Source of the DNA: Pirellula staleyi DSM 6068
Lineage (GTDB): Bacteria; Planctomycetota; Planctomycetia; Pirellulales; Pirellulaceae
DNA: 32,000 bases
Assembly: GCA_000025185.1 (NCBI GenBank)
Contig: CP001848.1
Span: forward strand, 450,001 to 482,000
Reading direction: 5' to 3'
Positions 8,641-17,232 of the stretch are shown in pieces (within the stretch, counting starts at the first letter, position 1; the number at the start of each line of letters is the position of its first letter). The notes below the pieces were generated by a model that was not told the DNA's origin, ran no database searches, and saw nothing but the letters and a program-made list of their open reading frames with translations. Both the position numbers and the translations under genes were made by a program.

Positions 8641-9828
8641 ATGCCAGTAATCGTGCGACAGGTCGTGTGGGACATTCTGCAATGGTTCACCATTGCAATC
8701 GTCTCGCTCACCGTCTTCATGATGCTGGTTTTCGTTGGTCAGCAAGCGCGGCTGTACGGCCTCGGCGCCCTCGCCATCCTGCGGCTGATTCCTTACATCC
8801 TCCCCAACGCCCTCGCGTTTGCTGTTCCCGGGTCGATTCTGTTCACTGTTTGCGTCGTCTATGGCCGGATGTCGAGCGACAACGAAGTGGTCGCCATCAA
8901 GAGCATGGGCATCTCGCCGATGGTTGTCGTTTGGCCCAGTCTCGCGCTCGCGTTTTTGCTGAGCCTGGTCGCTGTGTGGCTCAACGACGTCGCCTTCAGT
9001 TGGGGCGTGACCGGCATGCGCCGCGTGGTGCTGCAATCGGTCGAAGAGATTTGCTACGGGATGCTCCGGACCCAGCGATCGTACAGTGGGCCTACGTTTC
9101 AAATCATTGTGAAGGACGTTGAAGGCCGGAAGCTCATCCGCCCGATCATGACCTTCTCCGAAAATAACGATATGCCCGCCTTCACCCTGCGGGCCACCGA
9201 GGCGGAACTACGCTCGAACCTGCAGCGCAACACGCTGGTGGTGGTGCTCACCGATTGCGAAATCGACTTCTCCAACGGCGCTCGTGTATCGAGCCCCGGC
9301 ATTGTCGAGCGCGAAATCAAACTCGAAGATGCCACGCACAAACGCGTTGGCGGCGATAGTCCGACCAATTTGCCACTCCGTCAAATCAGTAGCGAAGTCG
9401 AGCTACAAGAAATCGAGATCACGAAGCTCGAGCAATCGCTCGCCGCCGAAACTGGCATGAACTTGATGACCGGCAATTTCTTCGAGCTCTCCCCCGACGC
9501 TTGGCAGCCGAAGAAGAAAAAACTCGAAACTGCCCGGACGCGACTCTATCGACTCCGCACCGAGCCATGGCGACGCTGGTCCAACGGATTCGCTTGCCTC
9601 GCCTTCGTCATGATCGGCACACCACTGGCCATCACGCTCCGCAACTCCGATTGGATGAGCACCTTCGGACGCTGCTTTTTGCCGATTTTGATCGGCTACT
9701 ATCCGTTTCTCGCCTTTGCCCTCGAGAAAGCCAAATCGGGCGATCTTCCCCCCTATTCGATTTGGATCGCCAACATCGCATGCGCGGCTGTTGGCTACTG
9801 GCTCATCAAAAAGGTGCTCAAAAACTGA
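8641..9828 (+). CDS. LptF/LptG (YjgP/YjgQ) family permease
   Basis: ORF 8614..9828. I place the start at ATG 8641 (MPVIVRQVVWDILQWFTIAIVSLTVFMMLVF...). The topology fits the family: three N-terminal TM helices, a large periplasmic insert, and three C-terminal TM helices (WSNGFACLAFVMIGTPLAI...IANIACAAVGYWLI). Confidence 0.75.
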   Translation: MPVIVRQVVWDILQWFTIAIVSLTVFMMLVFVGQQARLYGLGALAILRLIPYILPNALAFAVPGSILFTVCVVYGRMSSDNEVVAIKSMGISPMVVVWPSLALAFLLSLVAVWLNDVAFSWGVTGMRRVVLQSVEEICYGMLRTQRSYSGPTFQIIVKDVEGRKLIRPIMTFSENNDMPAFTLRATEAELRSNLQRNTLVVVLTDCEIDFSNGARVSSPGIVEREIKLEDATHKRVGGDSPTNLPLRQISSEVELQEIEITKLEQSLAAETGMNLMTGNFFELSPDAWQPKKKKLETARTRLYRLRTEPWRRWSNGFACLAFVMIGTPLAITLRNSDWMSTFGRCFLPILIGYYPFLAFALEKAKSGDLPPYSIWIANIACAAVGYWLIKKVLKN

Positions 9829-9868
9829 GCCGCTGCCCCCTTATGGTCCCGCGCTCTCGCGGCACCAT

Positions 9869-10297
9869 CTACGACTTCTTCGCCGGGGGCTCTTCGCCGA
9901 ACTCGAGCGACTTTTCTTTCCACTGTTTTTCCATCCGCTCGCGAACCGTCGCCCAAGCGCCGTCCATCAGCGGAATCGCGCAGCCACCCTGCCCTTTGCA
10001 GTCGTTGAGTGCCGGATTTGCTCCGCAGCCACCTTGGCCTTTGCATTCGTTTTGACCACCGCAAGTGTGAGCGGCAATCGTCGCGCAAGTCCCTTGACCA
10101 CGACAGCTGTTTTTGCCATCGCCCCCCAGTCCTTTGCAGTCGTTGAGCCCCCGACATGTGTGTAAATCTTTGGCGGAGGCTGTCCCCTCCGAGGGATTGG
10201 TCGAACAGCCGATCATCGATCCCAGCGCAAGTCCGCCCAGGATGGCTGCTGCTTGCTTCTGAAAATCACGCCGCGAAACTTGCTGAGACTCTCGCAT
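9869..10297 (-). CDS. Cys-rich repeat mini-protein with a Tat-type signal and lipobox (142 aa)
   Basis: MRESQQVSRRDFQKQAAAILGGLALGSMIGC carries a twin-arginine motif and a lipobox-like IGC. It is followed by HTCRGLNDCKGLGG, NSCRGQGTC, HTCGGQNECKGQGGC and LNDCKGQGGC, then a charged C-terminal tail. Confidence 0.7.
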   Translation of the reverse strand: MRESQQVSRRDFQKQAAAILGGLALGSMIGCSTNPSEGTASAKDLHTCRGLNDCKGLGGDGKNSCRGQGTCATIAAHTCGGQNECKGQGGCGANPALNDCKGQGGCAIPLMDGAWATVRERMEKQWKEKSLEFGEEPPAKKS

Positions 10298-10552
10298 CGC
10301 CTGCCGCCATTTCTCGCTGAAGGATTTGCCGGTCGATTGCCAATAACTCTTGCATCAAGTGGCAACCGCATCACGGTAGAGCGATTCACACTAATCTTGT
10401 CCGCGCTTGCCAGCAACGGGACTGAGCTTTCATCGTCGCGAGTCGGCAAATTCGTTCAACGCAGGTGTAGCATCCCGCTCGATGATCCTCGATACTTCGC
10501 TTGCCGGATCCCGCCTCTCACGCTTTTCGACTCGCAAGCCAGGATTCCTCCG

Positions 10553-11626
10553 ATGACGACTTCCTCGTCTCTCGACATGCGTCGTTTCGCGCTTCGTGCC
10601 GCACTCGTGGTTTCGCTTGTCCCGACGCTACTTTTCGCCGCTGACGAGGCGGCTGAAAAACTTCCGCCGGGGGTTTTAGTCTCGGAATTCATCGACAACC
10701 CCACCCCCACGCCCCAATGTCACGCAACCACGATCGCTGAAACACCAGCTGGCTTAGTTGCAGCGTGGTTCGGTGGCACGCGCGAGGGAAATAAGGATGT
10801 GGTGATTTGGGTCGCCCGTCATCGCGAAGGAAAGTGGCAGCCTCCTGTGGAGGTTGCGAGTGGAAAGGTCAGCGACACCGAACGTCATCCCACTTGGAAT
10901 CCGGTTCTCTTTCAAATGCCAGACGGACCTCTGTTATTGTTCTACAAGGTCGGCCCTAGCCCCAGCACCTGGTGGGGGATGTTGACTTCGAGCAGCGACA
11001 ACGGCGACACCTGGGAAGTTCCGACGAAACTCCCCGCTGATATTGCCGGACCGATCAAGAACAAGCCGATCTTGCTCGACAATAAAACGCTACTCTGCCC
11101 CAGTAGCACGGAAGACAACGGGTGGCGTGTTCATATGGAAATGACCACCGATGCTGGCAAAACCTGGACGCGCACCGAGGCGTTGTGCGACGGCAAAAGC
11201 GTGCAGGCGATTCAGCCGACCGTGCTGCGCCACGGCGATAAGCTGCAGATGCTTTGCCGCACGCGGCTGCCGGGCAAGATTGTCGAAAGCTGGTCGGAAG
11301 ATGGTGGCAAAACATGGAGCAAACTCGAGTCGATCGCGCTCGTGAATCCCAACAGCGGCATCGACGGCCTCACGCTGAAATCGGGCGAGCACTTGCTGGT
11401 CTACAACCACACGCTGATTGCCCGCTCGCCACTCAATCTCGCGCTTTCGTCGGATGGTAAAACCTGGAACGACATCCTCGATCTCGAAACAAGTAAAGGG
11501 GAATATTCCTATCCCGCCATCATTCAAACGAGCGATGGTCTGGTGCATATCACCTACACTTGGAAGCGACTCCGCGCCAAACATGTGGTGATCGATCCCT
11601 CGAAACTACGAAGCGTGGCACAGTAG
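10553..11626 (+). CDS. BNR/Asp-box repeat sialidase-like (exo-alpha-sialidase family) secreted protein
   Basis: ORF 10253..11626. I place the start at ATG 10553 (MTTSSSLDMRRFALRAALVVSLVPTLLFA, a signal peptide). Four Asp-box motifs are present: SSDNGDTW, TTDAGKTW, SEDGGKTW and SSDGKTW. Confidence 0.8.
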   Translation: MTTSSSLDMRRFALRAALVVSLVPTLLFAADEAAEKLPPGVLVSEFIDNPTPTPQCHATTIAETPAGLVAAWFGGTREGNKDVVIWVARHREGKWQPPVEVASGKVSDTERHPTWNPVLFQMPDGPLLLFYKVGPSPSTWWGMLTSSSDNGDTWEVPTKLPADIAGPIKNKPILLDNKTLLCPSSTEDNGWRVHMEMTTDAGKTWTRTEALCDGKSVQAIQPTVLRHGDKLQMLCRTRLPGKIVESWSEDGGKTWSKLESIALVNPNSGIDGLTLKSGEHLLVYNHTLIARSPLNLALSSDGKTWNDILDLETSKGEYSYPAIIQTSDGLVHITYTWKRLRAKHVVIDPSKLRSVAQ

Positions 11627-11758
11627 CGCTCCGATTTCGCTGCACACTTTTCCTTGCGAATTCGGCGCACCGCGCGCTACGTAAAGGTTGCACGCGCGCC
11701 AGCGGCAGACGATGCTCAGTAGTAGGGACCACTCGAACTCTTGGGGGAGTTTGTTCGC

Positions 11759-13009
11759 ATGGCATTGTTGCCGATTCGCCCACCACAGCCGCTGGGACTT
11801 GCGCCTAGCTTTGGATTTGGCGATCGCCTCGGACTCGCGACGCTCGGTCATGTCGATGCGATGCGCTCGCACAGCGGACCGATCTTGCCGGTCTTTGCGC
11901 AGCAATCGATGCGCGAGCTCTCGCGAACCGGTCGACGTCCTGCCGATGTCCTTACCGACACCACCTTTGCCCTCGAATCGACAGGCTATACCGGCATCTG
12001 GGGCGCTGATGCCGACCACATCACCACGCAAGAACATCTCAACGCGACGGCGGGAGCTGGCTTCACGCTCTTCACCATCGATCCGACCCATCACGTCGAT
12101 CCGCATGCCGATAGCTATGCCCCTGCCGTTCTCGAGCATCGCTATCGCGACCTGCGCGACGATATCGGCTGGGCCGACGACTATTTTGGTAAGCAGTATG
12201 TTTTTGCGGGGGAGACCGTTGTCTTCGAACCACTCGCCGTGAAACGGGCAGCGGTGAAATTCGGCCTCGCGATAGCGCATGCCATAAAACTCGCCGCGCA
12301 TGTCGATCGGCTGGTCGCCAAAAAAGGTTCGCAGTACGAACTCGAGCTTTGCATCGACGAAACGCCGCAGCGGACCACAGCGCTCGAGCATTTCATCATC
12401 GCCGACCAATGCCTGAAGTCGAGCGTGCGACTCACCAGCATCGCGCTTAACTATGTCGGCGATTTGGAACCGGCCATCGACTACCAAGGCTCGCTTGAAG
12501 AATGGACGGAGGCGCTCCGGCTTCATCGCGCCGTAGCGGTGGCGCTCGGGCCCTACAAACTGAGCCTGCACAACGGCAGCGATAAGTTCTCGCTCTACAA
12601 AATCCTTGCCAACGAGACCCAGGGACAGTTTCACGTCAAAACGGCGGGTACGAGCTACCTCGAAGCGCTGCGTGTCGCCGCGCGTCGCGAACGACGCCTT
12701 TTCCGCCGTATCGTCGACTTCGCTCGCGGACGTTTCGAGGCCGATCGAGCCACCTATCTCGTCAGCAGCCGACTATCGCAAGCCCCTACCGCCGCTGCGA
12801 TCAGCGACGATGCACGCCTCGAGCAACTTTACCTCGACGAACCGGCGGGACGTCAGATTTTGCACGTCACGTTTGGCAGTGTCCTGACCGATAGCGCGCT
12901 CGGTCCCATGCTGCGCGATGTGCTCGTCGAACATCCCGATATTCACCGCGAAGTGCTCGCCGCGCATCTCAAAAAACATCTCGTCTCCCTCGAGAGTGGC
13001 CTCCCTTAG
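11759..13009 (+). CDS. Tagaturonate/fructuronate epimerase (UxaE)-like family protein (family assignment tentative)
   Basis: ORF 11741..13009 (TTG). ATG 11759 has GGGGGAG 10 nt upstream. The N-terminal motifs SFGFGDRLGLATLGHV, FAQQSMRELSRTGR and WGADADH match my recollection of the UxaE family. Not verified by search. Confidence 0.55.
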   Translation: MALLPIRPPQPLGLAPSFGFGDRLGLATLGHVDAMRSHSGPILPVFAQQSMRELSRTGRRPADVLTDTTFALESTGYTGIWGADADHITTQEHLNATAGAGFTLFTIDPTHHVDPHADSYAPAVLEHRYRDLRDDIGWADDYFGKQYVFAGETVVFEPLAVKRAAVKFGLAIAHAIKLAAHVDRLVAKKGSQYELELCIDETPQRTTALEHFIIADQCLKSSVRLTSIALNYVGDLEPAIDYQGSLEEWTEALRLHRAVAVALGPYKLSLHNGSDKFSLYKILANETQGQFHVKTAGTSYLEALRVAARRERRLFRRIVDFARGRFEADRATYLVSSRLSQAPTAAAISDDARLEQLYLDEPAGRQILHVTFGSVLTDSALGPMLRDVLVEHPDIHREVLAAHLKKHLVSLESGLP

Positions 13010-13109
13010 CGGACACCACTGGCCGCTCTCCAATCGGTAGCCCGTTTTGATAAGCCCCGCTATGATGCAAATCTCGTCACCCAATTCCTCGCAATCCTGA
13101 GCGCCGCAG

Positions 13110-14312
13110 ATGTCTTCCTCATCGATCACGCAAACCCAGTTTGCTTCCGCACTCTCGACCCTTTCGAGCACTGCTGATGCCGTCGAGGAAGTGGCCCGTA
13201 AAGCGCTCACAGCACTTCAGTCCTCAGGTCCCCGAACGCCCGATTTGGGGCTTGTCTTTTTCTCCAATCACCACGCCCCCGAGGCTGATTTTCTCGCCAA
13301 AAAACTGTGCGCACTCCTCGGCACCGAGAACCTGATCGGCTGTAGCGGCGAATCAATTGTAGGAACCGGCGTGGAAGTGGAAGGCTCCCCCGCCATCTCG
13401 CTCTGGCTCGCCAGTTTTGCGACCGGCACAGCCACTCCGATGTACCTCCATCTCGAACAAACGGCCGAAGGGGGTGTGATCGATGGCTGGCCCGAAGCGA
13501 TCAGCGGCGAGTGGTCGGGCGACACGTTCCTGCTGCTACTGGGAGAGCCCTACTCCTTTCCAGCTGATCTGCTGCTCGAGCGTTTGAATGAAGACCGCGC
13601 TGGTGTGCCGGTCGTGGGTGGCATGGCAAGTGGCGGAGATAGTCCGGGAGAACATCGACTGATCCTCGGGCCTCAAACCTACGCCGAAGGTGCCGTTGCG
13701 GTGCTGATTCAAAACGCGGCTAAACTCCACACCGTGGTGTCGCAAGGTTGTCGCCCGATCGGTAAGCCGTTCATTGTCACCCGTGCTGAACGGAACGTGA
13801 TTCAAGAACTTGGTGGGCGTCCGGCGCTACTGCAGCTCAAAGAATTATTCGACACCCTGCCGACGCGCGAGCAAGCCCTCGTGCAGCGGAAGCTCCATCT
13901 CGGCCGCGTCGTGAGTGAATATCGCGACCACTTCGAGCAGGGAGACTTTCTCGTACGCAATGTCGTCGGCATCGATCCCCAAGCAGGAGCGATCGCCATC
14001 GGGGACTACATTCGGGTCGGACAGACAGTGCAGTTTCACGTGCGCGATCAAGATGCTGCTGACGCCGAACTCAAGCAGCTGTTAGCCGTTGCCAAAAGTG
14101 GTGCCGCAGGGGTGCCAGTTGGCGCGCTCCTTTTCACCTGCAATGGACGTGGCTCGCGGATGTTCAAAGAACCTCATCACGATGCCGCTTGCATCGCGGA
14201 AAAACTGGGAGACATTCCTCTCGCCGGGTTCTTCGCCGCCGGGGAAATTGGTCCCATCGGCGGTCAGAACTTCGTGCATGGATTTACCGCCAGCATCGTG
14301 ATTTTTGAATAG
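13110..14312 (+). CDS. FIST N/C domain sensor protein
   Basis: 400-aa ORF. The FIST_N-like part reads LVFFSNHH...LIGCSGESIVG. The FIST_C-like end reads GALLFTCNGRGSRMF...IPLAGFFAAGEIGPIGGQNFVHGFTASIVIF. Confidence 0.8.
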   Translation: MSSSSITQTQFASALSTLSSTADAVEEVARKALTALQSSGPRTPDLGLVFFSNHHAPEADFLAKKLCALLGTENLIGCSGESIVGTGVEVEGSPAISLWLASFATGTATPMYLHLEQTAEGGVIDGWPEAISGEWSGDTFLLLLGEPYSFPADLLLERLNEDRAGVPVVGGMASGGDSPGEHRLILGPQTYAEGAVAVLIQNAAKLHTVVSQGCRPIGKPFIVTRAERNVIQELGGRPALLQLKELFDTLPTREQALVQRKLHLGRVVSEYRDHFEQGDFLVRNVVGIDPQAGAIAIGDYIRVGQTVQFHVRDQDAADAELKQLLAVAKSGAAGVPVGALLFTCNGRGSRMFKEPHHDAACIAEKLGDIPLAGFFAAGEIGPIGGQNFVHGFTASIVIFE

Positions 14313-14331
14313 CCTCGCCGTAGTTCACTTT

Positions 14332-15387
14332 TCACTTTGGCTGAACATTCACCGTACAGGTCTGGCCCGACGGGTCGTAGTGTACGTCGACTGAAATCTG
14401 CAAAAACTGCTGGAAAATCGCGATTTGTGACTCACTATGCGGTGTGAGCGTCGTGGTCCGAAAGCATCCGCCGCGCTGCGCATCGCTTGGCTCACTAGCT
14501 GCTGAAAGCGCGAGCAGTAGTAGCAGCTGATCGGCCAAGTGGGGCCCAACCGGCACAGCGGCGCGCAGGTAATGCTGCACCTGACTCACCACCTCTTCAG
14601 CCACTTTTCGAGCACTAGCGCCGAGCCGCCCAAAGCCGATGAATAGCTCGGTGACATGTTCACTTTCGATCGTGGCGTAGATCACGTTGCCTGGCCCTTG
14701 CGCGCGAACTTCTTCCGCGTGACAAACGTCGCGCGGCCAACCGAGCGATTCTTGAAGCTCGGCGAGTTCGCGCAGCGCAATCGACTTCGCTAGATTCGAC
14801 ACCATCGCGACGGCGCATTGCCGCATCACAGCGCCACGCTCGAGCAGATCGAATCCCACAAGCGACTTGGCCGGGGTTACTTCCACAAGCATCTTGCCAC
14901 CCCCTGCAGGATAGAAACCAGGTCGCTCTAGCGTTGCCTTCACGAGTGGCCCCATGCGCTGAACGAGTGGCAGATAGACGCGCTCGAGGAATGGATAGGG
15001 TGGCGCCCATGGATTGTGCGTGCCACCTTCCAGTACCAAGCGCGAAGGAGCAGAGGCTGTCAGTAGTGCGGGAAGAATCGTCTGCAGTACAAGCGTCGCG
15101 CTCCCCGCCGTGCCGACACTGAAGTGATACTCTCCAGCATTCACCGCGTGAGGAGTAAACACTAGCGACTTCGATCCGATCGTAGCTCCCTCGACATCGG
15201 CATTGCAGATTTTTGCTGCAGCTTCTAGCGCCGTGAGATGCTGGCGCAGGAGCCCTGACTTCTCTCGCCGAGCGCGAATGTTTTCAATCACCATCGGCTG
15301 GCCGGTCACCATCGAAAGCGCGAGCGACGTGCGCAGCATCTGCCCGCCCCCCTCTCCCTGCGAACCGTCGATCAGAATCGTCCTCAT
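14332..15387 (-). CDS. rtcA: RNA 3'-terminal phosphate cyclase RtcA
   Basis: ORF 14332..15402 (GTG). ATG 15387 gives MRTILIDGSQGEGGGQMLRTSLALSMVTGQPMVIENIRARREKSGLLRQHL..., collinear with E. coli RtcA (DGAQGEGGGQILR...RAGRAKPGLLRQHL). SVGTAGSATLVLQTILPALL is also conserved. Confidence 0.9.
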   Translation of the reverse strand: MRTILIDGSQGEGGGQMLRTSLALSMVTGQPMVIENIRARREKSGLLRQHLTALEAAAKICNADVEGATIGSKSLVFTPHAVNAGEYHFSVGTAGSATLVLQTILPALLTASAPSRLVLEGGTHNPWAPPYPFLERVYLPLVQRMGPLVKATLERPGFYPAGGGKMLVEVTPAKSLVGFDLLERGAVMRQCAVAMVSNLAKSIALRELAELQESLGWPRDVCHAEEVRAQGPGNVIYATIESEHVTELFIGFGRLGASARKVAEEVVSQVQHYLRAAVPVGPHLADQLLLLLALSAASEPSDAQRGGCFRTTTLTPHSESQIAIFQQFLQISVDVHYDPSGQTCTVNVQPK

Positions 15388-15445
15388 CACCTGCTCACTC
15401 ACACTTCTCAGAGTTGTTTTTCGGGTCTATTTCCAGCGTTTTATG

Positions 15446-15484
15446 AACAAAAGAGCCTCGCGCGGCACATCACCGCGCGAGGCT
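15446..15484 (-). terminator. GC-rich hairpin plus U-tract between rtcB and rtcA (terminator or attenuator candidate)
   Basis: The minus-sense RNA reads AGCCUCGCGCGG-UGAUGUG-CCGCGCGAGGCU, a perfect 12-bp stem (15454-15465 / 15473-15484), followed by CUUUUGUU (15446-15453). Confidence 0.5.
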
Positions 15485-15528
15485 GAGTTTCATCACCTCC
15501 AAGCGTACAACTAGCGCACTTGGCCAAA

Positions 15529-17025
15529 TTAATCGTCGGCTGCATCGCCATCTTTGATCACGAACCGAGCCTTCAGTCGAGCCACTTCAGAAGCAAGTCC
15601 CGCGAGCTTTACGCTGCGCAAAACTTCCTCGAAGTCCTTGTACGCCGCCGGAGCTTCGTCCTTCGGGTACTGCCGACAGTTGGTCAAAATATCGTGATCG
15701 TCGAACGACTTATCAATCGACTGCTGATCGAGCGCTCGAATCGCTGCCTTACGCCCGAGCACACGACCTGCGCCGTGGTTCACGCTAAAGCAGCTCAGCG
15801 CTGCCCCTGCATCGGCCACCATCACTGCCGAACCTGCTTGCGGATTACCCGGGAGCAAGATCGGATGTCCGGTGTTCTCGTAAGGAGTCCCCTTCAAGGC
15901 ATGATGCCCTGCCGGGAATGCGCGCGTCGCACCTTTACGATGCACCCACGCCTTGCGATTCTCAACGACCTCTTCCCGCGCGATGTTGTGACTGATGAAG
16001 TACACCAGATCCCCCTTCACGCCAGGAAACACTTGCTGGAATGCTTCGAGCACTTGCAAGTTGATCACGAGGTGGTTCAGTGTCGCAAAGTTCGCACCGA
16101 GCGACATGTCGTCGATGTACGCATTTCCTTCGTCGGAACCGAGCGGTGCGTAGACCAATTCGCGATCGTTGCCCGGCAGCGGGATATCCCACTTCGCGAA
16201 CTTCGATTGCAGCGTCTTGAACTGATGCATCGCCAGGTTATGGCCGATCCCACGCGATCCGCAGTGCGACAAGAACGCAACGCATCCGTCGCGCAGACCA
16301 AACGTGTCAGCCACACTTCGCGCTCGCGCGTTATTCTCAATCTGCACCACTTCGCACTCACCAAAGTGGTTTCCTCCACCGTACGAACCGATCTGCTGCA
16401 GCTTCGAGCGGAGATCGCGAAACGTCCCGATTTCCTCGTGAAATTCGACCCGTTGGGCCAGCGCTACACTCGTTCCATCGTGCCCCACGTGATGCGAATC
16501 TTCGCACCGCGCGGCCCACTCCGGAGGGATTCCGAGTGCCTGACAAACGTCAGCCGAAGCGCCTTCGGCGAGAAGCGTGCGTCCCACATCGGTGTCCACG
16601 CGACGACCATGCTTCACGCTGCGTGCACCACGTCCCGCACCGGTCGGAATTCGGTTACATACAGCCATGATTAGTTCGCGTCGCACCCGTCGATCCTCGA
16701 TCGCGTCGGCCGGAAGATCCAGCTGCAAGAGACTCATTGAGCACTTGATATCAACCCCCACGGGACCCGGGTAGATATGTGATGGCGAGACCATCACGCA
16801 GCCGATCGGCGCACCGTAACCGAGGTGACCATCAGGATTGAGCACGACATGCGAAACCCCCGGCGCTCGCCGCGAATTGATCGCTTGTCGAATGCAGACT
16901 TCGTCGAACGTGTTGCGGATCGCTTCCGTTCCAATCACAGTCACGGGAGTCACATGGTCGCCAGCTGGCAGGATCGCCGTCGCTTCACCAGTTGCAATGA
17001 TCTGATTCATCGTTTTATTTTTCAT
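15529..17025 (-). CDS. rtcB: RNA ligase RtcB (long ~495-aa form)
   Basis: 498-aa ORF with RtcB hallmarks: NPDGHLGYGAPIG, GVDIKCSM, GGGNHFGECEVV, FLSHCGSRGIGH and VNHGAGRVLGR. An alternative ATG lies at 17010. Confidence 0.9.
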   Translation of the reverse strand: MKNKTMNQIIATGEATAILPAGDHVTPVTVIGTEAIRNTFDEVCIRQAINSRRAPGVSHVVLNPDGHLGYGAPIGCVMVSPSHIYPGPVGVDIKCSMSLLQLDLPADAIEDRRVRRELIMAVCNRIPTGAGRGARSVKHGRRVDTDVGRTLLAEGASADVCQALGIPPEWAARCEDSHHVGHDGTSVALAQRVEFHEEIGTFRDLRSKLQQIGSYGGGNHFGECEVVQIENNARARSVADTFGLRDGCVAFLSHCGSRGIGHNLAMHQFKTLQSKFAKWDIPLPGNDRELVYAPLGSDEGNAYIDDMSLGANFATLNHLVINLQVLEAFQQVFPGVKGDLVYFISHNIAREEVVENRKAWVHRKGATRAFPAGHHALKGTPYENTGHPILLPGNPQAGSAVMVADAGAALSCFSVNHGAGRVLGRKAAIRALDQQSIDKSFDDHDILTNCRQYPKDEAPAAYKDFEEVLRSVKLAGLASEVARLKARFVIKDGDAADD

Positions 17026-17031
17026 GTGATT

Positions 17032-17211
17032 TCAAGGAGAATACTGCCGCCGCGACAAAGTTTTGATGAAATGTTGCGCGCTCTATCCACTGAGCTACGG
17101 CCCTAAGAGTGGTCTCACTCCGCAGTAGAGCCGGTGGGGATCGAACCCACGACCTCGAGGTCCATAGCCTTGTAATTCCACCGGCATTCGCAGCAGCAGT
17201 ATTCTCCCTGA
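17032..17211 (-). ncRNA. yrlA: Y-RNA-like (YrlA-type) RNA: long basal stem plus a circularly permuted, capped tRNA-like core
   Basis: In minus-sense RNA, the 5' arm UCAGGGAGAAUACUGCUGCUGCGA (17211-17188) pairs with the 3' arm UCGCGGCGGCAGUAUUCUCCUUGA (17055-17032). That gives 24 bp, including three G-U pairs. Inside, in order: T-arm GUGGG-UUCGAUC-CCCAC (17150-17134); CGGCUC (17133-17128); a capping hairpin GAGUG-AGAC-CACUC; GGGCCG (17103-17098, pairing with CGGCUC as an acceptor-like stem); and D-arm GCUC-AGUGGAUA-GAGC (17095-17080). The element sits between rsr and rtcB, where YrlA lies in enteric bacteria. Confidence 0.7.
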
Positions 17212-17232
17212 TGATTCTCGTTCCTACCCAAC

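Noticed and set aside
8274-9122. Plus ORF of 282 aa spanning the intergenic region into the lptF/G-like gene
   Set aside because: The translation is low-complexity and Arg/Ser/Pro-rich. It runs through a promoter/terminator pair and overlaps the permease gene out of frame.
10324-10342. Sigma-54-like sequence TGGCAA-N5-CGGCAA upstream of the Cys-rich gene (minus sense)
   Set aside because: The GG/GC spacing is right, but the -12 region lacks the conserved TTGC thymines and the -24 element is imperfect. It is too weak to call without experimental or comparative support.
10253-10552. 100-codon N-terminal extension of the sialidase-like ORF
   Set aside because: The signal peptide starts at the internal ATG 10553. 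The upstream part is intergenic-looking and would place the signal peptide internally.
11606-12634. Minus ORF of 342 aa
   Set aside because: It is antisense to the UxaE-like gene, which has conserved motifs and a Shine-Dalgarno sequence. The antisense product has neither.
15520-16674. Plus ORF of 384 aa
   Set aside because: It is antisense to rtcB, whose identity is unambiguous.
17080-17150. Possible canonical tRNA gene (perfect T-arm and D-arm sequences on the minus strand)
   Set aside because: The T-arm precedes the D-arm. The acceptor-like helix is capped by a hairpin and there is no anticodon arm. This is a permuted tRNA mimic (YrlA-type), not a tRNA gene.
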